64,000 nucleotides of DNA from Podospora anserina (GCA_017654855.1 CM030338.1:2604001-2668000), one strand, 5' to 3'. Shown: positions 23,429-35,975, counted from the first letter of the stretch. Numbers and translations: made by a program. The notes: generated by a model from the letters alone, not told the origin.

Positions 23429-26400
23429 AACAGCCTTATGGGGCAGCTAGCGCGGCCAAGAAGATACTCGAAGAAGACTAGCTCGATGGCTGGGTTTGTG
23501 AGCACATCCAGCTTGGGCAGGTGGGCGGGTGACGACTGGGGGCGGCATACAGAGGAGAGCGAGTGGCTCACGACCTACCAGCTGGCAGATTTTGGGGAAA
23601 ATCTCGGGACCGAGGAGCAGATGGATTTTTCCGGTCTGGGGGGGGGTTACCTCGGTAACGGTTAGGCTTCCGGAAATCGTTATTGGGGAAAGAGTTCGGG
23701 AAAGAGGGCCTTTTCGACGTCCGGGACGAGATGAGACATTACCACCGCGGTTTTGAACAGGAGCTTATGGGATGTCGAGGGCTCGTTTTGACGACGGCTT
23801 TGGCCAAGGGGGGTTTGGGTGAGAATAAGTCCCAAAAAAGGCGTTGTGTGTATATGTGATTGGAATAGGGATTGGGTGATATGGGCGTGTCAGGAGAGGA
23901 GGCAACTTGGCGCGAGGTGGAAGATGGGGAGAGGAGCAGTCACGGTAAAGGGAGGCGTGTTTTGGGTCCATGTCTGTTGTTTGGCCGTAATTTGTTTGAG
24001 CACAGGGGGTGAGCATTGCAGAGTTTAGGACTACAGCGCCACGACTTCTTGGGGTAGACAGAATATTTCTCTACAAGTTTGGGGCTCATTTCTTTTGGTC
24101 GGGGGCGACGGAGTGAGGAGAGGATTGAACGTGGGTGCTTTACAAGATACCTTTGACTGGTGGCCCACAGGAGGCAGGGCCTCGTGGTGCTCCACCCATG
24201 TCTCCGAAAAAGGAAGTGCTCCAGACATATAAATGGACCAGTTAACAGCTAAAAATACCACGTTTACCAGCCTTCAGTCACAGCAAGTACAGCAAGCTCG
24301 GGCCATGCTTTTAACCATGATTTTACAATGAAGATGTTTTATTGCCTTGGAATTAGCATAGGTCAGGGTCGATATGAGAAACTCTATTGTTTTAATCGCA
24401 AAATCTGCCATTTGGAGCTAAAGTCTTTTCTGACCACTTGAATGAATTATCCGTAAGAGTCTTGATGATCGAGGTGCAAGGAAAATTCCCCATGGCATCA
24501 GGCTTCTCAGGAAGTGAGGATTCAAGACATGGGTGGATCATGGGTTGTCCCGCCAACCAGCCACTATTTACTTGAAAAGGGGCAGACCCACTTTTTCCCC
24601 ATGACAGCAATCCATCTATGACCTCAATCACCCCGTTTCCTGCAATGCGAACAAAGGCAAAGATCTTTGTAATACTAGACTTGAAATGTATCTTGATCTT
24701 CCATCCGCTTTGGAGCCGATGTTGTCCTATTTCCTCGAGGAGCAACAGAATGAAACGAGACGGTTCTCCACGATGGCAAAGTTAATTAAAACTGACCTTG
24801 TTGGAATCATATCCTTTGACACTCAACGACAGTAGAGCACTTGATAGGTGGCCATGCTGTTTCCTCGATGGCCATATCTCCCTCCCTCGTCTTTTGATTG
24901 GAGAAGAGCATTCGGAATAGTGACCAGAACGGCAACTGCCAGATGCTTTTTGATCTGCCTGATTGTAAAGGCTCATTCTGCAAGAGGTGGGATCGGCTAG
25001 TTCGCATTCCACGTTGCTGTGATTGTCTACCTAGCTGCCCTGGTCTAGGACATATACTCTCTGAATCTGGTAGCGGATATGCTGAACAACATGTTAGCTT
25101 AGGTGGCGTTGAAAGAAACAGTCTGCTAGGGACCTGCCTCACGGAGCGTCCCGTGGAAAGCGTGTTGTTGATGAAACTCTTTCAACGGTACGTTAGTAGG
25201 TAGAACGGTCCACCCAAACACTGTGGATTAGGTTTGGAATCGTATGAATTGCAACCTTGCCTTGCGATGTGTTAGGCTGTGTAGCGATCAATCATCGCAG
25301 AGCGAAACCAGGGCAGCACGACCGGGCGCGAGGATACCTGGCTGTCTTTCAACAAAGGTGTTGTTAGCAAGGCTTGCCCAAATTTTCAGGCTGTCTTGAG
25401 TGTCGAAGACTACACATGACAAACCGTGATGGCTGAGTGTTTCTTACCAGGTAGGTACTGTCTCGCAGGTTTAAGCTTTGAGCAACAACTCCCTCCATCC
25501 TTCATGGTGCTCCCGCCATGGCCGTTGGAAAGCAGCCATGTTGCACACGTATGTGAGGCTCAATTCAATATTCAGCTTGATGCGCAAAGTGCCCGATGGG
25601 CAAACACATGTCACTTCCAGTGATAGGGCCTATCAGGCGGGGGACAGCGGGCGCAGATAGGTAAACTCCCAGACCCACTCGGGCTGGCTCCAAAGGGCGC
25701 AAGAGGCTGAAAAGCAGGCGCATTGGAAACTGGAAGTCGGCCCTCCACCAAAGTACCAAAGTACCTGGGCTCCGCTTGGTGGGGTACACCGCACCCAACC
25801 TCAAGTGGAGCTCGACGTGTAGACGTCGAAATAAGCTTTGCACTAGGCAGGGATCCAAGTTCGGCCTCCATCTCCACCCCCGAGCACTTGCGACAGCAGG
25901 CATTCGATTTGGGTTTTGCGATGGGAACGGCTGAAATTTGTCCCTGAAATTATTAACGGAGTCACAAAGCCGCCAGGCTTCTCATGCCGGCCAGCATCCC
26001 CAAGAGGTCTGGCAGACAGGGGTCGTAATAGCTGGCCAGTCTCCGCCTTGTGTTCCAGACGACGGCGTGATCCAGATGGAACGACGCCAATACAGCCCGG
26101 GTATGCCCATCTTACGTCACCGTGCTGTCCCGACCGATGGTGCCCTGGAAATGATCGAATAATGCCACCTTGCGACCAAGACAGCATAGTCCACTGCCTC
26201 GTATCTGAAGTCGGGCTTTTGGTAATCGCCGGCCATCTGGGCCGACAGAAGGAGGCCATCGCAGGGAGACAGGAAACCCATCTTCAGCTCGGTCAGCACC
26301 TCATGGCAGCGACTAGCGCAAGGAACCCGTCAAGAACACAATATACTTCAGGTTCCTGAAAGTCAATAAAGATGCCAGGGATGTCTGACAAGCAAGAGAA

Positions 26401-27419
26401 ACCCTTCTGCAGAGAACTACGGGTAGGCGGTAGGGACGGGACGCAGAAGCTTGATCCTGAGCTTTCGCAAAGAAGCTTGACGCCATCTCCCTTTTGCTCG
26501 TTCGTCCGAAGGCCAAAGGCAACATAGTCGAGTTTGTAGAATACTTGATACCTATATGAAGGCGCTCCCCTCGAGCTCTTCTGTTCCGTCGACACCCTGC
26601 CAGCGCAAAAGGCACGCCAATCTTATCAACGCACGCGCCCGCAGCAGAGGCCAAAGCGAGGGCGAAACCGAAAGGGCCGAAACGACCAAGACGGGCGGGG
26701 GGAATACGATCGAGCAAGGCCCCTCGATCCTCGCTCAGCGGACAGTCCGGACGCCCCGCTGCCTGGTTGGGAGTTCCGATAGCCTACCTAGGTACCTAGG
26801 TAGTTGACCCGCACATGCAGATAGGTGCGCACTGTAGCAGACGATGCCTGCTCTGGGCAGGCTCGTGGAGAGACATTCTCAGCAGCATCTGTGACATGTG
26901 GGCGGTTGATACTTGATATTGGATAGTATTCATGATAGATGGAAACCCAAATCCTTTATTACCTGCATGTCCAAAAAGCCAATTCATAAAGATTCAGTTT
27001 GCATCGTCCGACGGTGCAGCGGATGAACTCTGGGGTGTGTACAGTGCCAGCGCCTTCAAGCGGTGCTTTCTCCTTCCAGTCCCGTTTCCCCCTCCTAATC
27101 TTTTCGGTTCGGCACTGTGTAGGCACTCACCACTCCACTTACTGTCTCCCCCAAAGGTCTTTTTAGTTCGGCGCTATGTAGGCAATCACCACTCACCACC
27201 CCCGCCACCACTCACCACCCCCCGCTTACCACATTCCCACTTACCACTGAACACGTACCCACTTCCTACTGCTGTCGTTCGGTGTCGTTGGCTGCTGCCA
27301 TCACTTAGGCTGGTCTTTTCCATCTCTATAATTAATAGGCCTCTCTCATCTCTCCCTCCTACAACCTTCACCTTTCCATACCTTCTTACCGTTCCAATTT
27401 CCACCCCACAGCTCGTACA

Positions 27420-28961
27420 ATGTCGAGTCGCGCATCTAGCACATCATCGCCCGTGGTGCCATTGGAGCCCACATGGACAGGCTTCATACCAGATACCGGC
27501 AACGCGCTTGCCATCGTGGAGGCTGCTCTCCGTGGTCACCTCAGTATGATTCCGCGGCGCCCTCACGACAAAGAGCGCGACGAAGTCATCCGAAGCGGCA
27601 ATGTGTTTCTCTATGACCTGAATACCTCGGGCATCAAGCGCTGGACTGACGGCCGGGACTGGAGTCCTAGCCGCATCCAACATAATTGGCTCGTTTACCG
27701 TGAGATCGATCGCCAATCCAACGGCAGGAATAAGAAGGCAGCGAAGAAGGCGGAAACCGGCGAAATCACCACCGGCGGAATCACCAAAAAGGCACCCAGC
27801 TCTGCCCGCAACAACACGCAGAACATACGGGGTCACGGCGCTGGAAACCGAGAGGCTGCCGCCGGCAGGGTTATCGAGCTGGCGAATGGAAAAAAGGTCC
27901 CACACGAAGGCGAGACGGGCATACAGAAGCTGATAGGCTCACTGGTCGGGGGCTATCCCTTCAAAAAGGGAGGCCTGATCAAGCGAACCATGAGTTTCGA
28001 GTCGGAAAAATTGCATCTGCAGCTGGTCACTTACATGAGCATGGAAGACTATGCGTCCGGGCTTTACAGCACCCCCTATCAACACGCTCACATTCGAGAC
28101 TGCTTCCCCCGACAAGAGCTGCTCCAAAGTAACTTCCGCTTCTTTTACATGGACGATCTGGGGCTCTTCGAGCCCATGTATGAACCAATGCGTCAACAAC
28201 TAGCCTATCACCAGGCTTTGATCGCGAACCCGCCGGGCGCGGCCGTTTTTCACCCCCACTATGGTCTGGTCCCCCACGGCATGCCTCCTCCTGGTCTGGT
28301 TCCCCACGGCATGCCTCCTCCTCCTCCTCCTCCTCTGGCTCCCCACAACATGCCTCCTTTTGCTCTGGCTCCCCACGACACGCCTCCCCACGGTCTGGCT
28401 CCTAATGGCATGCAGGCCAGGATGCAGGCCGGGATGCACGAGCAACCCCCAGCACTTGACATGGTCAACTACCCCATGCAGGATCACAGCAACCCTCATT
28501 CTCCCGACTACCGACAGGATGCTTACACTCTGGGCAGCACAGGCCAGCAGGCTCAGAACGTTGGTGGTCAAGAGCCGAGGAGCTCGCTGGTTGGTCATCC
28601 AGCCTTGCAGACTCAAGCCGAAGATTATGGTGGTGTTCCGGATGCCCCATTTGGCGACAACTATGGCGCTGGAATGGCTGTAGACTACCACTCTCCCATG
28701 TACCAGCCCCATCACTTCCCCAGCATGCAGTATGGGTCGCACGCCATGGATCAGAATGCCTACCCCGGACAAGAAGGAACGTATCCGTCGCGGAACGGGT
28801 CCTATGATGGGGCAGACGGGGCCTATGAGGCTAGGGACATGGCCTATGCGGAAGGGGACATGGCCTATCCAGGACAGATTCTGGTGGACTATCTTGAAAA
28901 CAACAACCAGCATCTCCCACAGACTCCTGACAGCAACCACCTTCCTCCCTCCAGCACCTAG
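27420..28961 (+). CDS. Gti1/Pac2 (WOPR) family transcription factor, divergent
   Basis: PTWTGFI..A..IVEA...IPRRPHDKER...IRSGNVF...SGIKRWTDG..WSPSRI...LVYRE followed by a GLIKRT block; Pro/Gln-rich tail with GLVPHGMPPP repeats; intronless 513-aa ORF. Confidence 0.9.
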   Translation: MSSRASSTSSPVVPLEPTWTGFIPDTGNALAIVEAALRGHLSMIPRRPHDKERDEVIRSGNVFLYDLNTSGIKRWTDGRDWSPSRIQHNWLVYREIDRQSNGRNKKAAKKAETGEITTGGITKKAPSSARNNTQNIRGHGAGNREAAAGRVIELANGKKVPHEGETGIQKLIGSLVGGYPFKKGGLIKRTMSFESEKLHLQLVTYMSMEDYASGLYSTPYQHAHIRDCFPRQELLQSNFRFFYMDDLGLFEPMYEPMRQQLAYHQALIANPPGAAVFHPHYGLVPHGMPPPGLVPHGMPPPPPPPLAPHNMPPFALAPHDTPPHGLAPNGMQARMQAGMHEQPPALDMVNYPMQDHSNPHSPDYRQDAYTLGSTGQQAQNVGGQEPRSSLVGHPALQTQAEDYGGVPDAPFGDNYGAGMAVDYHSPMYQPHHFPSMQYGSHAMDQNAYPGQEGTYPSRNGSYDGADGAYEARDMAYAEGDMAYPGQILVDYLENNNQHLPQTPDSNHLPPSST

Positions 28962-30618
28962 TGCTGATGATGATTACATGACTACATGACTGCACGACTG
29001 CATGACTCTATGACTGCATGACTGCATTGACAATCAGGGAGGGACGGCACCATTGCTTTTGAGGGCACCATTTCCTTTTGAGAAGTGGTTGGAGTTGTTG
29101 GAGTTGGACTGGACGAACAGAGTTGGGGATGGATACTTTGCTTTTTGCAAGCTTGTTGCGCATGGAGGAGCTCAAGCACACACACACACACACCACTGTC
29201 AGGGGAGCAATTGGACGGTCTTGCGAGCTGACCCTAGCATGAGGGAGTCCCGAGCCCACACCGCAGTGGCAGCGATACTATGTATCTTTTCTTGCTTATA
29301 TTTCGTTTTGGGCAGTTTTTTTTCTTCAGGTTCGGATCTCCGGATGGGCGTGACGGAGAACAATGCGTTACTTGCAAAGAAATACCCGGCGTCTCTCCCT
29401 GATTGATATTTATTCTTGCTTATAGAGTGCGAGTTGGTTATTTTCGTTTCTGGGGCGAGGGAAAACAAAAATAAGAAACAGTACTACGTTGTCTACACAC
29501 AGATAGATCGGATCCTATAGTCTCAATCACAGTTTCAGCGAGAAGCCTCCCGTTCCCCTCCCCTCTGGTGCCGTGTGTGAAGGAGGTGATGAGTCTTTGT
29601 GTGTTGGGCGCGCAATCGTGCTCAGACGTTTGTTCCACCAACGTCATCGGACGGTCATCGGGCGAAACCTGCCGACATGGCGGGCCCCGCTCTAACGGAT
29701 GTAGTCGGCCGGCGGCCGGCTTGGCCGCCGGCCGACAGACTGGTGCACAGACATGGTCTGTGCTTTATGGCTCCATCAAGGAAATGCACATGCATCCCGA
29801 TCGCACAGAGCAGGAATTTCCTTATGGTCTGACGAGGTGACTTGGGCATTTGTTACTATCGGCCTCGCACCGATTTCATTTGTTTTATTGAGCTAATCAG
29901 GACAGGAACAGAGAGGGCGAGTTTGAGTGGTTGTTGTGTTGGAACAAGTCTTGGCTGTGACGACAACGAGGGAAGGTGAAGCAGGAGGAGATATCAACGG
30001 CAGGTCGGGTTTTTTTTGGGGTTGTTGCGCGCTCTCTCTTTTGACCCGCATCATCTTTTTATTTTATTTTTTAAACCACGACAGTAACCTTGAGGCCTGT
30101 TTGAAGCCGGTCTCTCATTCCTTTTCTTTTGAGGGAACAACCTGCCTACCTACCTATCTACATCAGACGACAGTCTCCAAGTTTTTTGCGCGCGCGAGCA
30201 ATCATTTGCGGTGGTCAGGGGGCAGTCTCTCTCTACCCATCATCCGACGATTTAAACCTTGAGCTTTGTGGGGGTGGGGGGAAAACGACCCTGTTAATTG
30301 GCTTTTCCCAACGACACGGGAATTCAGGGGATAGGAAAAAGTCAAAAAGAGGTTTACCGACGGGACGGGCCGGGACGAAACGAAACGAAACGACAAGAAC
30401 AACGGACGGGTGTGTGGTTTGGATTGTTTTTTTTTTTTTTTTTTTTTTTTTGCGTTGGAGCTACTGTGTAAAGTCACATACGGTACTCGGGCTGTCTCTC
30501 TCTCAGACACATATCAGGGACAGTACCCTGCCCTTGTCAGTTACCTTACCCGAAAAGCATATTTCCCGAAAGTCAAATTCAGGACTGACGAGAGAACAGA
30601 CGAAAAAAAGAAGGAATT

Positions 30619-31895
30619 ATGATTTCTTACAGCTTCAGGGGTCTCGAGAGAGGTGGTGGTGGTGTTGTTGTTGCTGTTGCTGGGGCGAGGTTATCGTCGA
30701 CGAGTCCGTTTCTGGCAGTGAGAGGGCTGTCGAGCATTGCGTTACAGAGGAGGGTTTCGGCTGTTGTATCAGGTCAACAACCGCCACCACCGCCGCCGAC
30801 AAGGTCAGCATCTTATCAACCGAGCAATCTGCTGTTTCGAACATTCACCATGTCCTCCCCCCCGCTCCGGACAAAAGAGTAAACCCCCCCCTCCGCCCCC
30901 TCCCCTTCTTTTTGGTTGCCCCCCTAACTAACATCTCAACAGATCCAAAATCCCCAAAATCCTTCATCCCTCCACCCTAACGAAAAAGCTCCAGTCCAAG
31001 CTGCCGGCTGCTATCGTGCCGCAAAAGGAGAATATTTATACTATCCCGAATATTCTGACGTTTTCTCGGATCATCGCAAGCCCGTTTATCGGCTATGCCA
31101 TCCTACACGATCAGCACGCCCTCGCTCTGGGGCTGTTTGCCTACGCGGGTGTCAGCGATGCGCTTGACGGGTGGATCGCGAGGAGGTGGAAGTTGCAGAC
31201 TGTGGTGGGGACGGTGATTGATCCGATGGCGGACAAGATGTTGATGACGGTTTTGGTTGTGGCATTGGGGATGAAGGGGTTGTTGCCCGGTGAGTCTTGT
31301 TTTTTTTTTTTTTTTTTGGTTCTCCTTTTCTTGTTGCTTCCATTTTTAACCCGGTTTTGGTTGCCCCCTTTTTTTTTGTTATGCGGTAGCCTGGTTTCAG
31401 GGACTAAAACGTGATAACATGAGCTAATAATGGAGGAAACAACAGTATGGCTAGCAGTCCTCATCCTGGGTCGGGACGTCGCCCTCGCCATCTCGGCAAT
31501 TTACTACCGCTGGATCTCGCTGCCTCCTCCCAAGACGATGGCAAGATACTGGGATTTTAGCCTGCCGAGCGCGGAGGTGAGGCCGACGTTGATTAGCAAG
31601 TTCAATACGTTTTTGCAGTTGGGGCTGATGGGGTTGACGACGGTGGCTCCTGTTGTCACGGCTGTTGATTTTAGTCAGTCGTTGACGGTTTTGCAGTAAG
31701 TTTCTTTTCTGGGAAGAGGGGGTTAAATTGCTGATGATTTGGGATGATAGGTACATTGTCGCCACGACGACGGTTTGGTCGGGCGCGAGTTATGTGTTCA
31801 GCAAGGATGCGGTCAAGATTCTGACGCAGCCGGAGAGCAAAAAGGAGAAGGAGGTTGTGGTGGAGGAGGAGGAGGGGAAGAAGAAGGAACTCTGA
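30619..31895 (+). CDS. CRD1: Cardiolipin synthase (CDP-alcohol phosphatidyltransferase) with mitochondrial-type presequence
   Basis: ENIYTIPNILTFSR; CDP-alcohol phosphotransferase motif DALDGWIARRWKLQTVVGTVIDPMADK; ARYWDFSLPSAEVRPTLISK. Exons 30619-30878, 30943-31289, 31446-31695 and 31751-31895. Confidence 0.92.
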
Positions 31896-32308
31896 GAGAG
31901 AAGGGTATTGGGGGAGAAGATGAGGGTGAGGCAGTTGGGGAGGAAGGAGAGGGAGGGTTAGGTGGATGATGTGTGTGCTCTGTGTGTTTGGCGAGATGGG
32001 GCAGGGAGTTTAGGGGGTTTTCGTGAGTATTGTACATATCCCTATTGCGAGCATTAGCCTTGCTTTGCCCTTGTGAAGCATTCTTGTATATAGACCGTGA
32101 ACAACATTAAAAAGTTGAATTTTCGATTACAGTTGCTTGTATTGTTGTCCATGTTATATACAAGATTCGAAAACCAAAAAAAAAAAAACGCCGACGCCAT
32201 GTTTTCTTCCCATCTAGCCCACCCATCCGAACCGATGCCTTGCTTTTAGTTCCTCAGCAACCGATATACACAATATCCTACATACACCCTTTTCTTTCCT
32301 TCTTTCCT

Positions 32309-34547
32309 TCAACCCTTCATCTCCCCAACCCTAACCCTCCCCTCCACAGCCCCCATATCCTCCCCTTCCTGAAGGCCGGGCAGTTCCAAATCCAGCGCCT
32401 TGCTCCCCTTTTCCCCACCCCCCCGTTGGTAATCCCCCCCACCCCGTCTCCTCACATGCCGCAACAACATCACGACCCCATTCGGCGTCACGCCCTCCAC
32501 CCTCCTCGCCTGCCCTATGCTTTCCGGCCGCGTCTCGTTCAGCTTTGTCTGTTCAGCTATGCTCAACCCAGTAACGGTGGTGTAATCGAGATCGGTCGGC
32601 AGCAAAAGATGCTCATCCCTCACCGCCCTGGCCGCCTCGGCAAGCTGAAACTTGACAAACGGCTCGTACACCGCCTCGATCGCGACCCTCTCTTGGGTTT
32701 TGGGGGGGAATTCCCCTACTGCGGGGAGGGTGGGTTCCAATGCAGAGACAGAAGATGACAAAGGGGGAGGGGAGGAAGACGACGAGAGGTTGGTGGTGGT
32801 GGCGTGCTCGTAGATTTTGCGAAGCATTTGTATACCTGACACCTTGACCCCGTTGATATCGGAATTTGTTTGTGGGAGCGGGTGGGTGGTTGTCCACTGC
32901 GGGGATGGCAAAATCGTGCTTTCGAGGAGGGAGTATAGGGCTGTAGAAGAGGACGAGGTTTCGAGGTAACTTTCCCAGCGGGAGGGGGAGATGACACCCC
33001 AGGAGTGGCCTAGGGGTGTGAGTCTTACATCTGCATTGTCTGACCGGGTGCGGAGGCGGAATTCGCTTCGGGAGGTGAACATCCTGTATGGTTCCGACAC
33101 GCCCTTGGTGACGAGGTCGTCGATCATTATGCCGATGTAGGCGTCGAACCGGGAGAGTGATACGGACGGGAGGTTGAGGGCTGTTCGGCCGGCGTTGATG
33201 CCAGCGATGACGCCCTGGCCGGCGGCTTCCTCGTAGCCGGTCGTGCCGTTGATTTGGCCGGCGAGAAAGAGGCCCGAGATGTGTTTTGTTTCGAGGGTGC
33301 GTTTTAGAGAGCGGGGGTCGACGTAGTCGTATTCGACGCCGTAGCCGGGCTGGAGCATCGTCACGTTCTCGAGGCCGCGGATGGTGCGGAGGAGGGCTTC
33401 TTGGGCGTCGGCGGGGATGGTCATGGAGAGGCCGTTGGGGTAGATGACCTCGTTGTCGAAGCCTTCGGGCTCGAGCCAGACGATGTGGGAGTCTTTGTGG
33501 CCGAAGCGGATGATTTTGGACTCGAGGGAGGGGCAGTACCGCGGCCCTTTGACCGTCTCGCGGATATGGATGGTTCTGTCGAGGTTGGCGCGGACGATGT
33601 CGTGGGTGGAGTGGTTGGTGTAGGTGGCGTGGCATTTGAGCTGGTGGCCGTCGACGTCGACCTTGTCGTTGAGGTAGCTGAAGGGCATGGGGGGGTCGTC
33701 GCCGAGCTGTTCTTCGAGAATGTCCCAGTTGATGCTGCCCTTGGCTAGGCGTGGTGGCGTGCCTGTTTTGAGACGGCCGAGCTTGAAGCCTGCTTCGCGC
33801 AGGGATTTGCTGAGGCCAAAGGTGGCTTCCTCGCCCATTCTACCTGACGGGTAGGCTTCGAGGCCGATGTGGATTTCGCCTCCTAGGAATGTTCCTGTTG
33901 TGATAACCACCGACCTTGCCGGTAATACCTCCCCTGACTCTAGCCTCACACCAGTAATCTTGCTCCTTGCGCCCTCTGCCCTCTCTTCTTCGGTCAGACC
34001 AGCGTCGGAGACAATGATATCCTCCACCTTGCCGGTAACCACCTCCAGGTCCTTGTAGTTTGTCAACTCCTCCTTCATATGTTTCTTGTACAACGCCCGG
34101 TCGATCTGCGCTCGCGGTCCCCACACTGCCGGTCCTTTCCTCCTGTTCAGCACCCGAAACTGCAAGCCAGCCTTGTCGATTATCCTCCCAGCCAACCCGT
34201 CAAGCGCGTCGATCTCTCGGAGAATTGTCCCCTTTCCGATCCCGCCGAAACTCGGGTTACAGGAGCATACTCCCAGGTTCTCGAGGCTGGGTGTGACGAG
34301 GGCGGTGCGGGCTCCTGCTCGGGCTGCGGCTGCGCTGGCCTCGGCGCCTGCGTGGCCGCCACCAACGACGATGACATCGAATGGTCTGTTGGTGTATTTA
34401 TGTTAGCATTGGTCTAGATACACAGGCGCACGCGCAAACTGACCTGGCGGCAACATCCCCCACTGTCGCAAAGGCCCTCCTCAGCTGCACCGAGCGGCCA
34501 ACTGGTGTTCGGCCGAGGCCCCGCGGAAGCCAGAGCTTCGTCATCAT
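32309..34547 (-). CDS. MTO1: Mitochondrial tRNA U34 modification enzyme (GidA/MnmG family)
   Basis: Exon 1 (34547-34444) encodes an Arg-rich presequence; intron 34443-34386; then [16 protein letters not shown]...[68 protein letters not shown]. Confidence 0.96.
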
Positions 34548-35096
34548 CTTGAAGGGTGCGCCCAGCCTTGGCGATTAGCTACCGTAGAGAACAAAAGAAT
34601 GGAAGACGGGGGGGCGGCGTCACGATATTCGGCGCAAAGGTGGGCGGTTTGGGAATTGAATCTCTGGAAAAATAACTGATAAGGAGTGCCGGGATGCGAT
34701 AAGCGCTCGGGCCACCTCGATGTTTGGGCCCAATGATTTTCACCTCGACAGTGACAACGTCTCTGCTTTGCTCGGGAATAAAATCACTGTTGCAAGCGAG
34801 CCTATTATACATGCAGGTCGAATGCCTGTTCATCGTAGTTTCAATTGAATCTGACAAAAAGAAAAAAAATACGGTATCACAATTGGTTGGTAGTTATACA
34901 AGGCCGCCTCCAGCCCACCTGCCTGTCTCTGACAGGCATGGCTTTTCATCCAGCCAGAATGTACACACAGCGGAGAGATATTTGAGACCCCAGTCTACCT
35001 TGCGCAGATCGCATCCATCCATTCCACAACACATCATATCATCACATAGAGCCCGCTCATCCATATCATAGCTTTCCAGACTGTGCCTTACTGCGC

Positions 35097-35590
35097 TTAC
35101 TCCTCAGCCGGAGCATCGCGGTTGGCGGGGCGGCGAAGAACCTCAAGGGCGCCTATGTTTGACAAACCGGCATTAGTTTTTGCAGAAGAGGCGAGAAAAG
35201 AAAGATAGACGTACGCTGCACAACACCCAAAGTTCTGACGGGCTTGCCCTCGGCATCCTCGTACGTGTCGATAGACGCCTGGCCCTCGACCAAGACCATG
35301 GTCCCCTTCTCGAGAGACAGGTAGAAATCACGGGCGTTGGTGCTGGTGGGGAAGACGGTGATGTTGAACCAGCTGGTCTTCTTGTTCTCGCCAGACCCGC
35401 TGTTGGAGGCTACGGCGTAGCGGAGGTACTCTTTGCCGTTGTTGCTGGCGCGGAGGTCGGGGGTGTCGGCGAGGTTGCCGACGATGGTGATTTTGGCATA
35501 GGGGCGCTGGGGGGTGGAGGAGAAGGCACGGGCAGCAGCCACCTGGGGGCGGGCGGCAGCGCGGGAGACGGAGCGGAGGAAGGCAGACAT
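35097..35590 (-). CDS. RIM1: Mitochondrial single-stranded DNA-binding protein (SSB family)
   Basis: Presequence MSAFLRSVSR...ARAFSST; OB-fold motifs KITIVGNLADTP, YAVAS, TSWFNITVF, LEKGTMVLVEG. Intron 35214-35153; last exon ALEVLRRPANRDAPAEE*. Confidence 0.92.
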
Positions 35591-35975
35591 GTTGGGCTGT
35601 GGCTGGTGACTGGTTTGATATGAAGATGGCGGGGATGATCTGGATGGAATGCAGTTTTTGGTTTCAGAGTGATATCAACGCTATCGATATCGTGTTGTGG
35701 GTTCTTCACTCAAACCCCTGTCCAGGTCCAAGGTCGCGTCAAACGGCGCGTGGGGGACCGTGCGTCGAAGCTGTGGAGCTGAGCTGCCGAACTCCCAGGT
35801 GCTCCGTGGGTTCCAGGGTTAGCCCGAGCGGTGTCATACCCCTGACTCCTTCCTTTTTGGGATTCATCTTCCTCCTCTGCTCACTCTTACTATCTCTCTC
35901 ACTCTTCTCTCACTTGCGGAGCATCATGCGACCGACTTGCTCTGCTGAGTAGAAAGTCTTCTTATTCAGTCGAGT

